From assembly GCA_012295275.1 (NCBI GenBank), contig CM022665.1, forward strand, positions 7,688,001 through 7,752,000: a stretch of DNA of 64,000 bases. Reading direction: 5' to 3'. Source of the stretch: Chrysomallon squamiferum. Its lineage: Eukaryota; Animalia; Mollusca. Shown here in pieces: positions 1 to 14,655 of the stretch (position 1 is the first letter of the stretch; each line of letters opens with the position of its first letter). Made by a program: the position numbers and the translations under genes. Under the pieces are notes generated by a model. The model was not told the origin of the DNA. It did no database searches and saw nothing but the letters and a program-made list of their open reading frames with translations.

Positions 1-2393
1 GATACATCGCGGACAGCTATTAACACTTGCATACAATAATGTCACACCTGTAATACTGCCTATGAGTGGCAAGATGCCAAACGGCCATTGAAAACTATTA
101 ACTGTGCTTATTTGATAAATTTAAAACACCGGTCACATCGTTAATTTTAGAACTTCTTAACCCTTGAAAACGTGCGACAGTCACAAGTGTGCCATTCTGG
201 GAGAAAATTCCGTACTAACAATCACCTTGTCTAAAGCAAGTGAAGTTAAGGACCCCATCGATTCCCGCGATGGGCCGAAAAGTATCGATTCTATCAGAAA
301 AAGCACTCAATGCATTATTGCGTATTCCGGCCAGCTAATAGAATTGTAAAAGCATTACGACAAAGTTAAAGAACTGAACTAAAAACGTGAACACATCGCA
401 CTTGTTATAAAATTAATATTTACGACACCACGCCGGAAGTGTGTCGTAAACCGGTTTGGGGGAACGTGGAGACAAATGGGGCCGAAATCCATTTAATCTA
501 CCCTAAGTGAATCTTATGAAAACCGAAAAGGGAGGCTGTTATATGTCATTCGAACAAGCAACTTTCATAATTTAATCATTCGGTTGATGTAAGTTGCTTT
601 GTACATAAGAGGATCGTTCTTGTAATTAGTTTTATTTGGACACTTTCTGATGTTTTTAGCATTTCGCAGGAAAAAAACAATAGTCAAAGAATTAAAAAAT
701 AAAAGAATCATATACACTATATTATTTCACAAAAAGCACGTAATCACTCACACGAACACACACACGCACATACACACATACACAATCACGCACAAACACA
801 CACATTTATACACATAACGTTTCTGTCGCTGCTTTATTGTTTTTCTGGATTTCTTTTTCTTTTATTATTTATTTATTTATTTGGATATGTACTTCGATAT
901 TCATTTTTTAAATACTTCTACCGTTCTTTGAGTAAGTTATAGTTATTACCTTATAGACAGATAGATAAAGAAAACAGTTTCATGGTATATTACTGAATAA
1001 TATAACAGCGCAATAACACAGAAAATAACTTATATAATATTCAACATAAACTTATCTGTGATGGAATATATAAAAATTAGTTTCAAACGAAAGTTTTTAT
1101 ATAAGATGAAAATATTTCGTGTATATATATATATTGAAGCCTTTGACATGTTTTTTAAAAACTGAATAAAATGTGATGGTCACAGAGACTGCAATAAAGA
1201 GATTGTTTTCATAAAGAAAGAAAACAGAATGTTCTCGAAAAAAAAGAAGAAATAATTAAAATAACAGTTTAAAAATCATACCTTTGAAAAGAAGATTTCC
1301 ATGTACAAATCCACAATCAAGTGTATATCAGTTTTATGTATCCTTGCTTTTTAAGAACAACACGCACAGATGAACAAACTTAATATTAAACTAAACTAGC
1401 ACCTGATTGATGTCACTTGTGATACCAGCATGGGTAAGGTCTCGGCTAGTGTAATTATGTGAACCTATTCTTAAGTTTTTGAACGTTCGTGTTAATACAG
1501 GTTACTGACGTTACACTTCGCTAAATCATTCTGGCGTCCAGCTGTGAAGACAGATTTGTGTAATTATGCATTCAGCTATCCGTACGATCATTAACATATA
1601 TACTGCAAGTCTATTCTTCATTCATTAATTAATTAATTAATTAATATTTATTTAATTTAATTTTTGTCCATTAAGAGAAAATGAATTAGTTTATATTTTT
1701 AAGCCTAATTCAGCAAGTGCGCAGATCATAACTTATTTTTGGACGCTGGCGTAAGTACAAATAAATAATTTTAAGTGCCAAAAAAAAAATATAGTTTGTT
1801 TCTAATAGACGCGGGTGCTTAACGAAAAGTTCATTTTCTTTATGCATGTGCATCTGTTTGTTTTCCTACCTTTCTTTTCTATTTAATTATTTTCTTTTGA
1901 CTTCTTCAGAAATTTAGGACAATATGTGCACGCATGTAGTTATGTGTGTACGTATATGTTTCTGTATGTATGTATTTGTGTATGAGTATGTGTATGGTGT
2001 GTGTGTTTGTGTGTGTCATTTTGTATATCAACCAAAGCTACATATAGAAAATAGACTCATCCTAATGTTTTTTTGTTGTTGTTGTTTTGTTTTTTGTAAA
2101 ATTAAACACACCATAGAACTTGTTACAATATAACTTTATTTTGATTTATTTGTAGGTGTAATCAATATCTGTGCTGTGACCGAAGCACGCTTGGTTACAT
2201 ATTTACAAACAGATTACAATGCTACACTGAACAATCAGCCGGAACGACCAAGGTCTTCAACAGATGTATATACAGATATCTTATTATAAACGCTTCAATG
2301 AATAACAGTAAGTCAAATGATAAATAAAGATTTATGATAAAGGCAGTATCTGATTTTAAAAAGTCTTTTTCTGCTTCTTCTTCGTCTTCTTCG

Positions 2394-2411
2394 TACTACT
2401 ATTACTACTAA

Positions 2412-2475
<64 letters not shown>

Positions 2476-2683
2476 GGTGCTGGTGCTGTTGTTAGCTGTT
2501 GTTTTACTGTTCTTGTTATAGAGAAAACGACCCACTTCAGTGTAAAATCGTTTAAAAATGTTAAAATTCATTTTCTAAAATAATTCCACTTTAACTTGAT
2601 GTGTGTGTGTGTGTGTGTGTGTGTATTCAAAGTAACTGTAAAATTAAATATCCATTAATTTTTCATTTTCCCCTTTACACCAA

Positions 2684-2766
<83 letters not shown>
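2394..2766. repeat. Microsatellite cluster (TAC)n, (TG)n, (TC)n
   Basis: Directly visible; source of the poly-Ser and ER ORFs. Confidence 0.95.
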
Positions 2767-2769
<3 letters not shown>

Positions 2770-3454
2770 AAATAGTTCTATCTCCCACCGTCTCTCTTTC
2801 GTGCTCGCTATATCCCTTTCTCTCCTTCTCCGTAAAGAATACAAACTGTTACTCTATCAGCTTGAATTGAATCAAACACTTCAAACAATTCAATTGGCTC
2901 TAATCTTTGATCTCAGTGTCCACTTCCGAGTATTTTACAGCTCTCGTGTGTCTACTAAATGTCGATTTCCTTCACTGTTAACATTTCATATTGTTTTTTC
3001 AACGATATCTTTACCAATCATCCAAGCAGAAAACGAAATCGCATCTCCTCTTCACTGAGAAAACTTTAAGACAAGACTCTAATAAAGGTGATCGAGCTGG
3101 GAATCAACCTAACATTTTCTAAATGCCAATATTTGAAATTGCTCCCGTTATTGTAATAATATTAGGTAAAGCTGGACCAACGTGCAACAATTCAGACCAG
3201 TGCGCGAGATAATGAAAAGTTTAACAGATTCATTTAGATCTAGGATGAGTATACGGAAATTAATAGTTCTTTGGAGACCGCCGAGTGCAACTTTTGTCAA
3301 ACTGATAAAAAAAATTATTAACTTTTGCTCCAAATGCGTAATAAATGTTCTTGTGGGTTTATAAGACACATATGCATAATCATCGGAAAAATTCGGTTAA
3401 GGTAGAACAGTAAATATAATTATATGCATATATCAGCACCTTATTAATAAGTTT

Positions 3455-3464
3455 GATAGATAGA

Positions 3465-3532
<68 letters not shown>

Positions 3533-3560
3533 TAGGTAGATAGAGACACAGAAAGATAGA
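3455..3560. repeat. (GATA)n/(GACA)n microsatellite
   Basis: Directly visible. Confidence 0.95.
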
Positions 3561-4414
3561 CAAAAAAGAGAGGTAATAATTGGTCTATATTTTCTTAGTC
3601 TTTTTTTTTTCATGTAAAAAAAAGAAAAAGAACTTGACTGATTATTAGGCTAGTTTGTCATTCTAAATCATTAACACGGATTTTTTTTTCTTTCTATAAG
3701 TTATCTCTCATTAATCATATATGATTCGATAACCAGTCAGAAAATTCAATCATTCGAAAATAACGACAACGAAACAAAGCAGACGCGGACTAACTGGTCA
3801 TTTTGGTTCCAAACCAGCTGACCGATTTCACCACGCCGATGTACGGGTTGATAAAAAATGGGTCATCCTCAACAATTTGCTAAACTGCTTTTGTGAAAAT
3901 GGATGGCTTTTCGTGTTAGTTTCAGAAGACTGATGTTAAACAATGAAAGTATACCAATGACTGACAGTTTGTAAATGGTTACGTGCTGGAAATAACAGCT
4001 TCATCCACGCCGAGTTAGAAACTCGTGTACATAACGGTAATTGCGACTTCGTTTCGGCCGTTAGATGTGGTGTTAGGAGGGACATTTTGCTAATTAATCT
4101 AATGGAAGGCAAAGCGAGTCAGCGTATGTCTGTGAACGGCTCGGTGCTCGAATGTCATTCGCGGTAAACACACCGCACGCGTTTTATATGTAATACCCGC
4201 CATTTTAATTTGACAGACTTCATAACAGACGAACGGCTCGAGTCGGATTTCATTTGGTGAACCTTGTGAAACCCCCTGGTACTCTTTGTTCACACCTTGG
4301 TTAATAAAATGTCATTATTTCTTTAATTTTTGTATTAAATAGTAGACATGGGCATTTATTTCAAAATTTTAAACATGTTGCCTTATTTGAAATTTGTTGA
4401 GCATTCCTCAGTAT

Positions 4415-4460
<46 letters not shown>

Positions 4461-6579
4461 CAGTACATAAACTTTGATATTTTTTCTCTCTATTTGATTT
4501 TACAAGATGACGTCATACGAGTTGTTATTTTGCTGTTATATTTTATTACTAGATAAGACTGATCTTAAATAAATAAAACAAATTAATAATAATAATATTG
4601 ATATCAACAATAATAACAACCATAAAAAAAAAATGAATTCAGAATGTATTTTAATTACTTCTTGAAATCATGAAAAAAGTGTGGTGGGGGAGAGAAAGTT
4701 ACGCAACGGGATGAAGAATATACGTGATGTTCTCACGTTATCACACAAACCAGCAAAATCCATAAAAACCTGCATTTATCCCGCTGCGCAAACTTCGGAA
4801 TTGGTGTTTACTTTCCTAAAAGTTTCCTTCAATATCAGCGCCCAACCAAAATAAAAGAAGATAGGGCATTTACGTTTAAATTGACAGAATCATTGGGGAT
4901 ATTTATCCAAGGATATCCGAATCTTGAAATATCAGATCATCTACACTGAAGTCAGTGATTAGAATTTCCTCTCAATGAACCCGCTTCCACTCTCTTATTA
5001 CTAGAACCCGCTTTTCTTGTGGTCCCGTGTAATTAGAAGCGCTGTTGTTTCTTTTGTGTGGGCTGATCCTGCCATTCTATGGCGCTTCTTGTGGCGGTCA
5101 GTGAAACCGGAGGCCGTGTTTGACAAACCGACTCGTGCCGCTCTGCTGATGCCGTCATCAATCAAATAGGCTGTTACTATTAGGCTAACTGCACTTATCG
5201 ATTAGCTTGTCCTCCCGTAATCTTTTCAACGTGTCATCTACTGCAGTAAATTCGCTGCAGTCGAACAATGTTTTAAGAGAGAAGAAATTCTTATCGTTTG
5301 GAAGAGGTGTCTCCATTTTTTTGAAAGACGCCGTTAGACGAACTAATAATATTACGGTTGTTGATGATAAATATACTTCTAGTCTGATGTTTAGAGAGAG
5401 TAACGGCAGCTAGCTCCGTGTTTGTGTGTCTGTATGTGTTAGTGTGTGTCAGTATGTGTTTGTGAGTGTGTATGTGTGTGTGTGTGTGTCTATAGATGTA
5501 TAGTGACTTATATGGGGAATGTCAAACACAATATTAGCAATCGGTTCTTGAATCAAATTAACAAAGAAATAATTCAAACACGTTTACTTTTTTCTTCCTT
5601 TAGATGCTACATAAATACAAAAATAATTTTTTAGCTAAAACTGAAAAAAAGAAAGATGATTACACGATTATAACAGAGAACACGGTGGACAGAGACAATC
5701 TGGTTTATAAAGCCCCGATTGATGTTTTTATTTCTAATGGTGTCCTCTTTTCCGCCCAAGGTCTCCTACGCTTATGCATATCTTGTGTAAATCTGTTATC
5801 TTAATATCCTAACACATTATCTAGTTATTCTGCTACTGAGGATCGATCGTGAAACCTCCAGCGCTGAAGACTGACAGAATTCCACTGATCTACATACTGA
5901 TCCTGTGAGTGACAGTGGTCAAACACGACTCAGAATGAAATGATCATTATTATATTGCACACCATGCGAAAAACCGCGAGAATCGATAGAGTCAACATTT
6001 AAAATGTCATCTAGGGATTTCAATGATTCATTGATGTCTTAAATCTTACCCATTATTAACACGCTAATACGCGGCTGAGCAGCTGATAGAGACACGGTGT
6101 CACTTCAGTTTGACCACTGTCCCTTCGTTTTGTCTCAGTTACCTTTTACTCCAAGCTGTTTTAAGTACCTGCTTATGGCTATGTACATTAATTTATGTTG
6201 TACATATACATAAATATACAGCAGCAAACACACACCAATCTGTTTGTCTGTCTGTCTACCAATATACGTGCACCCGTTTTATATATATATATATATATAT
6301 ATTTATAAATTGCAACTGATCATTAAAGTCATGAAATGTTTTTGCTGTCTGTGGAAAAGTTACATTAAAAGATTCCTTTCAACTACTGGGAAAATGAAAC
6401 ACTTTCCTCTGATGAAGTCATATGAGAAATAAAAATTATCATCACACAGCATCCATTGCCATCAGATGTTGTAATATCATCAAACAAGACAAGTATATTT
6501 TCAACTACGTTGTTTATGACTCAAAACTAGCTTTGCTGCTAGTTAGGTTTACACAGTCACCCGTCTCTACAAGACAACG

Positions 6580-7000
6580 TATTCCTGTTTACCCGTCAAG
6601 TGCTTGCTATGTTTACATGTTAACTATATATAGTATATTATGTTTACAAAAAAAACTTATTGTTGTTTACCCATCAAGTGTTTGAAACGTTTATATATTA
6701 ACTATACATTATGTTTACAAACCAGTTTGTTGTTTACATATCAAGTGTTTGCTATGTTTATATATTAACTATACATTATGTTTACTAAACAACGTACTGT
6801 TTACAAAACGACAGCTTACCATATTAACAAACCAGCTGCTTGTTGTTACTTGTGAAATACGAGCTATGTTTACATATCAACTGTTTACCATGTTTACATA
6901 TATCAACAACTTGTCTCGTTTGGGTATCAAGATATGTTTACAGATTAGCTGTTTGTTGTTTACTTTACAACTAGAGGTCATGATATGTTTTCAGATGGAA
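6580..7000. repeat. Degenerate ~67-78-bp tandem repeat rich in TGTTTAC
   Basis: Unit TGTTTAC..TCAAGTG.TTG..ATGTTTA.AT.TTAACTATA..TTATGTTTAC starts at 6586, 6664 and 6731, then decays. Confidence 0.8.
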
Positions 7001-7620
7001 AGCCTTTCACATACATCAACCAGCAGCTTGTTATAAATAAAATTTGTAAAATTTCTTCATTTCATTCTGTGTATTATTCTTACGCCATTGGTCAGAACAT
7101 GAGCGCCAATAAAATTCTGTTGCTTTCTGCTCGCAGTATTCATTATTTAAATGGTTTTCATTTCACGTGTTCTTTAGACTGTCAAATCAACCTTTCTCCT
7201 ATGTTTATTCATCATTCCTTCTCTGTTACATATCAAATGATCTCCATGTTTACAAATAATCGGTGGTTGTTTGCACTTCAAATTATTCACTTGATATGTT
7301 TACAAATTCAACTATATCGCGTTACAAAATAGCAATATTTATAGCACAAAACAAACTGGTAACCGAGTAGTATCAACTGGTTGATACATTAGCTTATCTC
7401 GTATTTACAAACCAGTTGTTCGCTATACTACAAATTAGCTATTAACCGAATATCAGATGAAAGTTTTTGCAACATGTACCATGCGTTAACAAAGAAATAT
7501 GATGACAACCAAAGTTGCCAAACACTCATCACATTCGTAAATCATCTGCTTACCAGTCTAAAAATCAGTTCGTTACGTTTATTAATCAGTCACTAGTTGT
7601 AAAAAGTTTACAGTTTTGTG

Positions 7621-7722
7621 TAGATAGACAGACAGACAGACAGACAGAAAGATAGTCGGACAGACAGACAGACAGTCAGTCAGAGACCGACAGAAAAACA
7701 GACAGACAGACAGACAGATAGA
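7621..7722. repeat. (GACA)n microsatellite
   Basis: Directly visible. Confidence 0.9.
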
Positions 7723-8303
7723 CTGATTGTTTGACTGATTGAAATATGCAGTTCATTCTTTTTTTTTCCTGAGCACGGTTACAAAAGAGTGTTCTAAGTG
7801 TCAGAACAAATTTCGAGTAAAATTTAGATATCCTTTAAAGAAAAAACCCAAACATTACATTTAATGATAAACTTTCCTTTGCAATGACTGGCGCGGACAG
7901 ATAAATTCTGATTATAATATTTGGCAAATTGATTTTCTCCATAATAAAACAGACCCGATGTGACAGCAAACATCATTTTCCTGTTGAAAAAGATATATAT
8001 TTATAGTTGATATCCATCGACCTTCAGCGGTCTTTGACCCAGTGCCTCTCCCCCAGCCCAGTGGACACGTCAAAGCGTTGATTAAAACGTGATCAATGTA
8101 CATGGTTTAAGAACGAGCTGGAGAAGATATGGACGGCATGCTTTTAAGGAAATAACATGCAGTTTCGCATATTAATCTTCACGTAATCCGCCACTCACGG
8201 GCCTGCATTACAAAAGTGTCGTGGAAAATGAATTTCGTGCTGAAATGTGAATCGCAAACAACAATTTATTAAATTTACGTGTTCCAATAATTCGGCAGTG
8301 AGC

Positions 8304-8337
<34 letters not shown>

Positions 8338-8485
8338 CCTCTGAAAATTTATGGCATATTGAAAATGTTCGAATTTATGGTTTTCGATCACTTTGGAAAA
8401 AAAAAAAAAATGAATAACGGTTATTATTTTTTAACATATGTTTTTTAATGTTTTCATTTTTGTCTTAATATTAAATATGTTAGGG

Positions 8486-8520
<35 letters not shown>

Positions 8521-8652
8521 CTTAGAATTATTTACTATCTGATCAATATATGCAATATAAAGATATTTTATAGTATTAAGCAGAACTGTATAAAAGTAAC
8601 CTTCGTGTATTTACATACCGGAGAATTCAGGATATTTAAAAAAAAAAAAAAT

Positions 8653-8687
<35 letters not shown>

Positions 8688-9789
8688 TGAAAGATTAATT
8701 ATAATTATTGTGATAATCTTTGAGAAAGTGATTTGGATTTAGAACTGGATGTGCTTATATCTTTATGTCACAAAAGGAAATGCAAAGTTAAAAAGCGTCG
8801 TACATTCAGTACTCCATTGAATTAAAAGCAAAAACATTCAGGATAGTTTTCTTTTTAACTCAAAAGGGCGTTGTTCTGAGGAAGAAAAATAAAAGAAGGA
8901 AGAAAGAAAAAGCAAGAGTGACAGAAAAAAGCAAGCAGGCACGCAAGGAAGGAAGTTAATAACAAGAAGATAATTTTATTCCGCTAACTGTTCGTAAGAC
9001 TGGATCGAGAGAGACTTAGCGCGCAAAGGTTACATTCGACTGGTTGTTATAATTTTAACACTGACGTTAGTACTGTTACACAAATATCACTTTTCTTCTT
9101 TACTGTCTCTCTGATGGAAAAAGGTTTAAGAATATTTTACTGTTGTCAGCTGATACTCTTAAGTGAAGTACTTCGCGATTCTGGAAGTGTCGAAGTTCTC
9201 TATCATTCAGGAAATGAAAGTCAGTCTGTCAAAAATGGCCTTCATTTTGGCTCAAAAGTCTGCTAAAAGTGCAGCGAGAAAGACTACCGTCTAAAAACCG
9301 CCGGATCAAATGCAATTAAATTTGCCAAGAAAGTTATCAAAATGTTGTCCAGTTCCCGACGATATTACAGAGACCCCAGTCTTAATATGACAAAGAGCGC
9401 CATCAGTCAGAAAACATGCAAGACTCGTGGAAATCAATTCGCGCGCCATTACCCGCCAAAGCTGATCGAGCATACGTAATGTTGGGGTAAATAGACACAC
9501 AGACGAAGCATTCTTTTACGCAGATTACAAAATGTGCCTGACTGTTCTAAAATTAAGTGATTTAGTGGTCTTAACTTTCGGTTGGTGGCCTCTTCATACA
9601 GTATTTGACGCTAATTTGTACAGAATGTCACAAATGGTTCCGTTAATGTGTCTAATTTACCCAATTGTTTATTACAAATCGTTGTTTGTTGACAGCAAGT
9701 ATTATAAATCGACGTTGGGATACTGAGCTTGGCTTATACGTACCTGGTGTTTTCTCTTTATTTATTTCTTCTTCTTGTGCTTATTTTTA

Positions 9790-9821
<32 letters not shown>

Positions 9822-12114
9822 TTTTTTTTTTTTTTTTGATTTAACGAACACACACACACACATACACATATAATATATATCTTTAATTCCAAAAGTGCAG
9901 TATAATAAAATTTATTAGCCCTCTTTTCTTTTTCTTTTATTCTTTATAACTCGTTTTTTTTTTTTTTTCTCCTTTCTGCGTACCTTCTAAAATATATTTT
10001 GTTTAATATTTTTAATGTTGATGTCAAATTATGTATGAATGCAGTAACTTCAATAACTTGAGAATAAAAGCAAAAATAGAATAAAAGAACATTCATAGCA
10101 AACTGACAGTGTGAATTTTAAAAAGTCAAACTACTTACATATCTGTAGTGCACACAACCTAATTTCTGGCTTCTATCTTGACGGATTCCAATCAAATGAA
10201 TTGCCTCAGAGACTTTCAAGATTTATGAAATACTGTGCCTTATATTCCTAATCCTAGCAAGAATCACATCGTAACATGTTCTATGTCGATGAAGTCTTAA
10301 CACCTTAAGGAGTAGATTTATTTACTTAACAAGGCCAGTATTGCTTCATAATACGTAAATGACAATTGTAATACGTAAACGACAATGGTGAAATGAAAAC
10401 GTATCGCAGTGTTATGTGTAATCTGCTCTAATAGCTAACACCTGTTTTGATATGCCTGAACAGATGGAATGAAATACAAAATATTACATATTAAAAACAT
10501 CGGTGCATGACTCTTCGATTTATTCCATTTATAAAGATATTTTTCATAACTGAATATAGGGGAAACGGCGTAAAACTTTCATTATGGAATCAGTTCGTTT
10601 AAGAGAAAAGTATGTCGAATACGTAAAGGTCTGTTTGATGCAAGTAGAAAATGTTTAAATTAATCTTTTATATTTAGAAGTGTTAAAAATAAATTAATAC
10701 TTTTAAATATACAATTGTTTTATATCAATGAGCAGAACAATAACGTACTGTAAATAGTGTACTCTATTTGCAATGATCTTCATTAATGTACGATACTGGT
10801 GTTTTGTTTTTCGTCTTTATATGAAAACCTCGAATCAAACATAAAAAGTAACAAAGGACAAACAAATTTTAAAATTCGAAATCTCTATAAAGTATAATAA
10901 TTTATACATAAGTTTATTTAATGGTAATAAAAATTGTGAATGTTATTTCAGATCCTGAATGCGGAATGCGATTATGCTTTTCAGAACCAGCATATTCAGT
11001 GCTTAATATTGTCCGGTTGAGCAACCAAGATCTAAATTAAAGAAGTTAATTGCTAATGACATATTGTTAACGGATTCCTCAAGTACATTTCGGTGAACCT
11101 CTGACAGCGAATTGGATTTATAATGGTTAATTAGAGACCAAAAAAAAAATTCATTTAAGCTCTTTACTTCTTAAATACTTCGAAGAAACCATTTGCATAC
11201 ATATTACGAAATAAACGAATATGAGAGATTCGGTTATTTCTGCAAACTGTGCAAACAACAAACATTTTTACCAAGCGACACAAAATAACTGAAGACTTCT
11301 GCTGAGCAGACGACAAAGAAGCCATTACTTAATTGCAGAAGTATTGTTAATATCACAGAGCACGTGAGGAAAGCTGGAAGAGAAAGAGCCAAGTTTGGTC
11401 AATCTGAGCAGGATTCATAGAAACGGTTTCACTCATTCATATTGAGTAATGGCTCAAATAGACCAAGATGTGCCAGAAGAGAACAAATGTTACTCACACC
11501 ACCAGAAACCACCGATATGAATAACTGAAACGAGACTCCGTGCCCTATATCCTGCTAGTTCTGATCATTTGTGTAATGTTCTCGTTGTGTTTATTCTGCC
11601 TGCAGGTAATACGATAAAAATGCCCCATATCTAAAAATCAAAGCAAAACTGTTCGAACATCACAATCATTTTAGAAGCTTATGGAATATCTCCTTTTTCG
11701 CAAAAGCGGATTATAAGTTAATACTTGCTTGCGATGAAACAGATTTATTACAGTTGTGAATGCCTTAAAAGTATTTCTTTCTGAAAAAGGCCATGAATAT
11801 TTTTTAATTTATTTATTTTGAGACCAGTGTTTATGATGATTATGAGTTAGATATTGTCTGTATCTGGGATCTGAAAATATCACCTAAATGATATGCATGC
11901 CTTCGAAAACAAGCGCAAATTTAATTAATTGATCTTCAGAAATATCACATATGTCTTTAACTCTAGGGTCAAACGTCATTTCAGATGAGTTATATGTGCT
12001 CTGATATAACAACTACAAGAAAAACTAAATACATCGTAAATTAAACGCATTCTGTACTAAAATGTTTCCTTCGAAGTTATTGCCTGTAATCTAAATATTC
12101 ATATCCATACGCTA

Positions 12115-12145
<31 letters not shown>

Positions 12146-13367
12146 GATGAATTTTTTTCACTGCAGGCAGTAATATTAGAGAAGCTATTTTCTTTATTAT
12201 TGTTATGTTATATATTTATTTCTATGTTAGATGCTGCTTATGTAGAGTCACGGTTGTTGCTTGTTTGTTTTTGTTGTAGTTGCTGTCTTGGTCTTTTTTC
12301 TTCTTTTTTTAACTTCATTAGCTCGTACTCAAGTACAGTTCAGACCATTTATTTTTAAATACCAAACCTTTCTGTTAACTCAAAATAATTACAAAATATG
12401 TTTAATCTGTATATTCAAACCAAAGCATATGTTTCACGGCGCGGCTTAAAACAAAACGTCGAATAAATGTCTGTTCTAATAATAATATTCATTCATCTCA
12501 GGCAAAACGAGGCGCCAGAACTCACCAAGTAAAGAAAAGAAACTCTGTCAACCAATCATCTTGTTCCTTGCATACGATTCATTTCTTGATAAAAACATGT
12601 TTCCAGTTATTTTTTCAATTATGAAACAAGTCTTCCTAAGAAACAAGTCTTTTAATCGCCATGTGAAAATATTTTACGTTTATTTTCGTAAAATTATTTA
12701 AGGTGTGTTTTCGTTAAAACGATACGTAATACAGCAAAAACAATGATGACTAACTTTTGGTCGTAATAGTGCATCAGATATTTTCTGATATCGATATATT
12801 AACATTAACGTAAATATTTAAACAAAGGTATGTACATTAAAATTCATATCTTAATATTCCAAATTTAAAAAAAAAAAAAAAAAAAGGAAAATGAAGGTAG
12901 TGTTTCAGCACTATAATGACCTTTACATTATTAATGCCCTTGTAGCGGCTTATGCTTATTTTACCAACATCAGTGACAGTAACTACATCAAAAGGTTATT
13001 TTGGTCACCAGCTGAAATAGATTTACGTCATGTAGTGCGTCATACCTGTCAGTTTACTCATCAGATGTTAATATAATTATTACAATGCCAATTTACATAA
13101 TCATTACATATTTTGTTTTGTTTTATTTGACCGTGTGTATGCGTGTGCGAGTTATTGCCTTTGTTTATAAATTCGACGAAATATGTATTTTGATACGTTT
13201 GTCAGCAATTTCTCAAAACAGAAGCTAACTTTTGATGATTTTCAACATAGTTATGTGGTAAAAAAGACTCCTTCATTGATAAATAGCAAGTTAAAATAAA
13301 TATAAAAGTTAAAATATAGAATATAAAAAATTAACATTAGGGTGACAGAGGATCCTTATTTAAACCA

Positions 13368-13660
13368 CATATATATACCTACATGAATGCATATAGCTAC
13401 CTGCTTACCTATATCCATACACATGCACACAAGCATACATAAATACATACACACGTATACACATACATACATACGTACATACATATGCACACAAGCATAC
13501 ATACATGCATAATACATACATACATACATACATACGTATACATATAAATACATATATATATACATACATACATACATACATACGTATACATATAAATACA
13601 TATATATATATACACACATACATACATACATACATACATATATACAGACATACATACATA
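13368..13660. repeat. Compound (TACA)n/(TA)n repeat
   Basis: Directly visible; source of the MYVC ORFs. Confidence 0.93.
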
Positions 13661-14616
13661 AAAAGCCGGACGACTGATTTTGAAGGTCATGTGAACGTGT
13701 GTGTAGAAACATTCATGGAAAAGTAAATCAATGAGAAGCCTTTGATTACGCTGTAGTTAATTAACTTTAAATAATTGCACTTGCTTGTTATGTTCCGGGG
13801 CGGCTTTATTCATTTATTTTCATTTGGCATTTAGCACGATGCTGGAAACTTGATGCAAACGAATTAGAAAAAGTCTGCTCTTTTTCTTTCTTTTCTTTTT
13901 TTGTTCTTATTTCCCCCCCCCCCATCTCTCCACCCCCTGCACATCTCAAGCTTTAACACAGGCATCAGATTCTCCGGGGAAATTCAAAATATTTTGTAAT
14001 CGAAAGTTGCGTGATCTTTTTAATTATTGTTATTGTAGAACATGGAGAAGAAGCTAGACGAACAGTATAAAAACTAAAGAAAACAGAAATGTTCTTACAT
14101 ACTTAATATCATATTTACAGCTAGGCCTAATAAAGCTAGGCCTAACTGGACCTTATGTTAATGCAAGTTTAATGATACGAATATATGGTGTTTGAATATA
14201 TTAAGATATAGCACGAATACATTAAGCATCGTAAAGATACTGCAAAGATACTGCGTACCAATGGGAAATTACAAAACATTAGTTTATTGGCAAAATTAAT
14301 GGATATGATGTTTTATGTGACCAAAATGAATGAACATCATCAATAATTTGTTGTGTGTGGTAAGTTCACACTCGCAAACAAATTAAACCGAGTATACCTT
14401 TTCAAAGTCTCTTCTCCGGGGATTGAAAGAAAATACTGAAGGGAAATCATTAAAATACTGTTACGTAACAGATAATTAAGTCTAATCCAAATGAAAGCAA
14501 AAGGTGTAGATATTCTGTAATTATTTATTGAACTGTGCAGCAATAGGAAAGAAAAACATTATGGTTCTTTTTTTTTCTTTATTTCTTTATTTCTTTTATT
14601 TTCTTTTATTATTTTC

Positions 14617-14655
<39 letters not shown>

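Noticed and set aside
2356-2844. Poly-Ser and (ER)n ORFs
   Set aside because: Translations of (TAC)n and (TC)n microsatellites
6749-7332. 95-aa and 115-aa ORFs with MFT/CLQ repeats
   Set aside because: Products of the TGTTTAC repeat; no splice context or recognisable homology
13356-13726. Four overlapping MYVC/HTYI ORFs up to 118 aa
   Set aside because: Artefacts of a stop-poor (TACA)n repeat
10347-14253. Short local duplications (10349-10387, 12624-12651, 14119-14145, 14233-14254)
   Set aside because: Ordinary replication-slippage duplications of 11-20 bp
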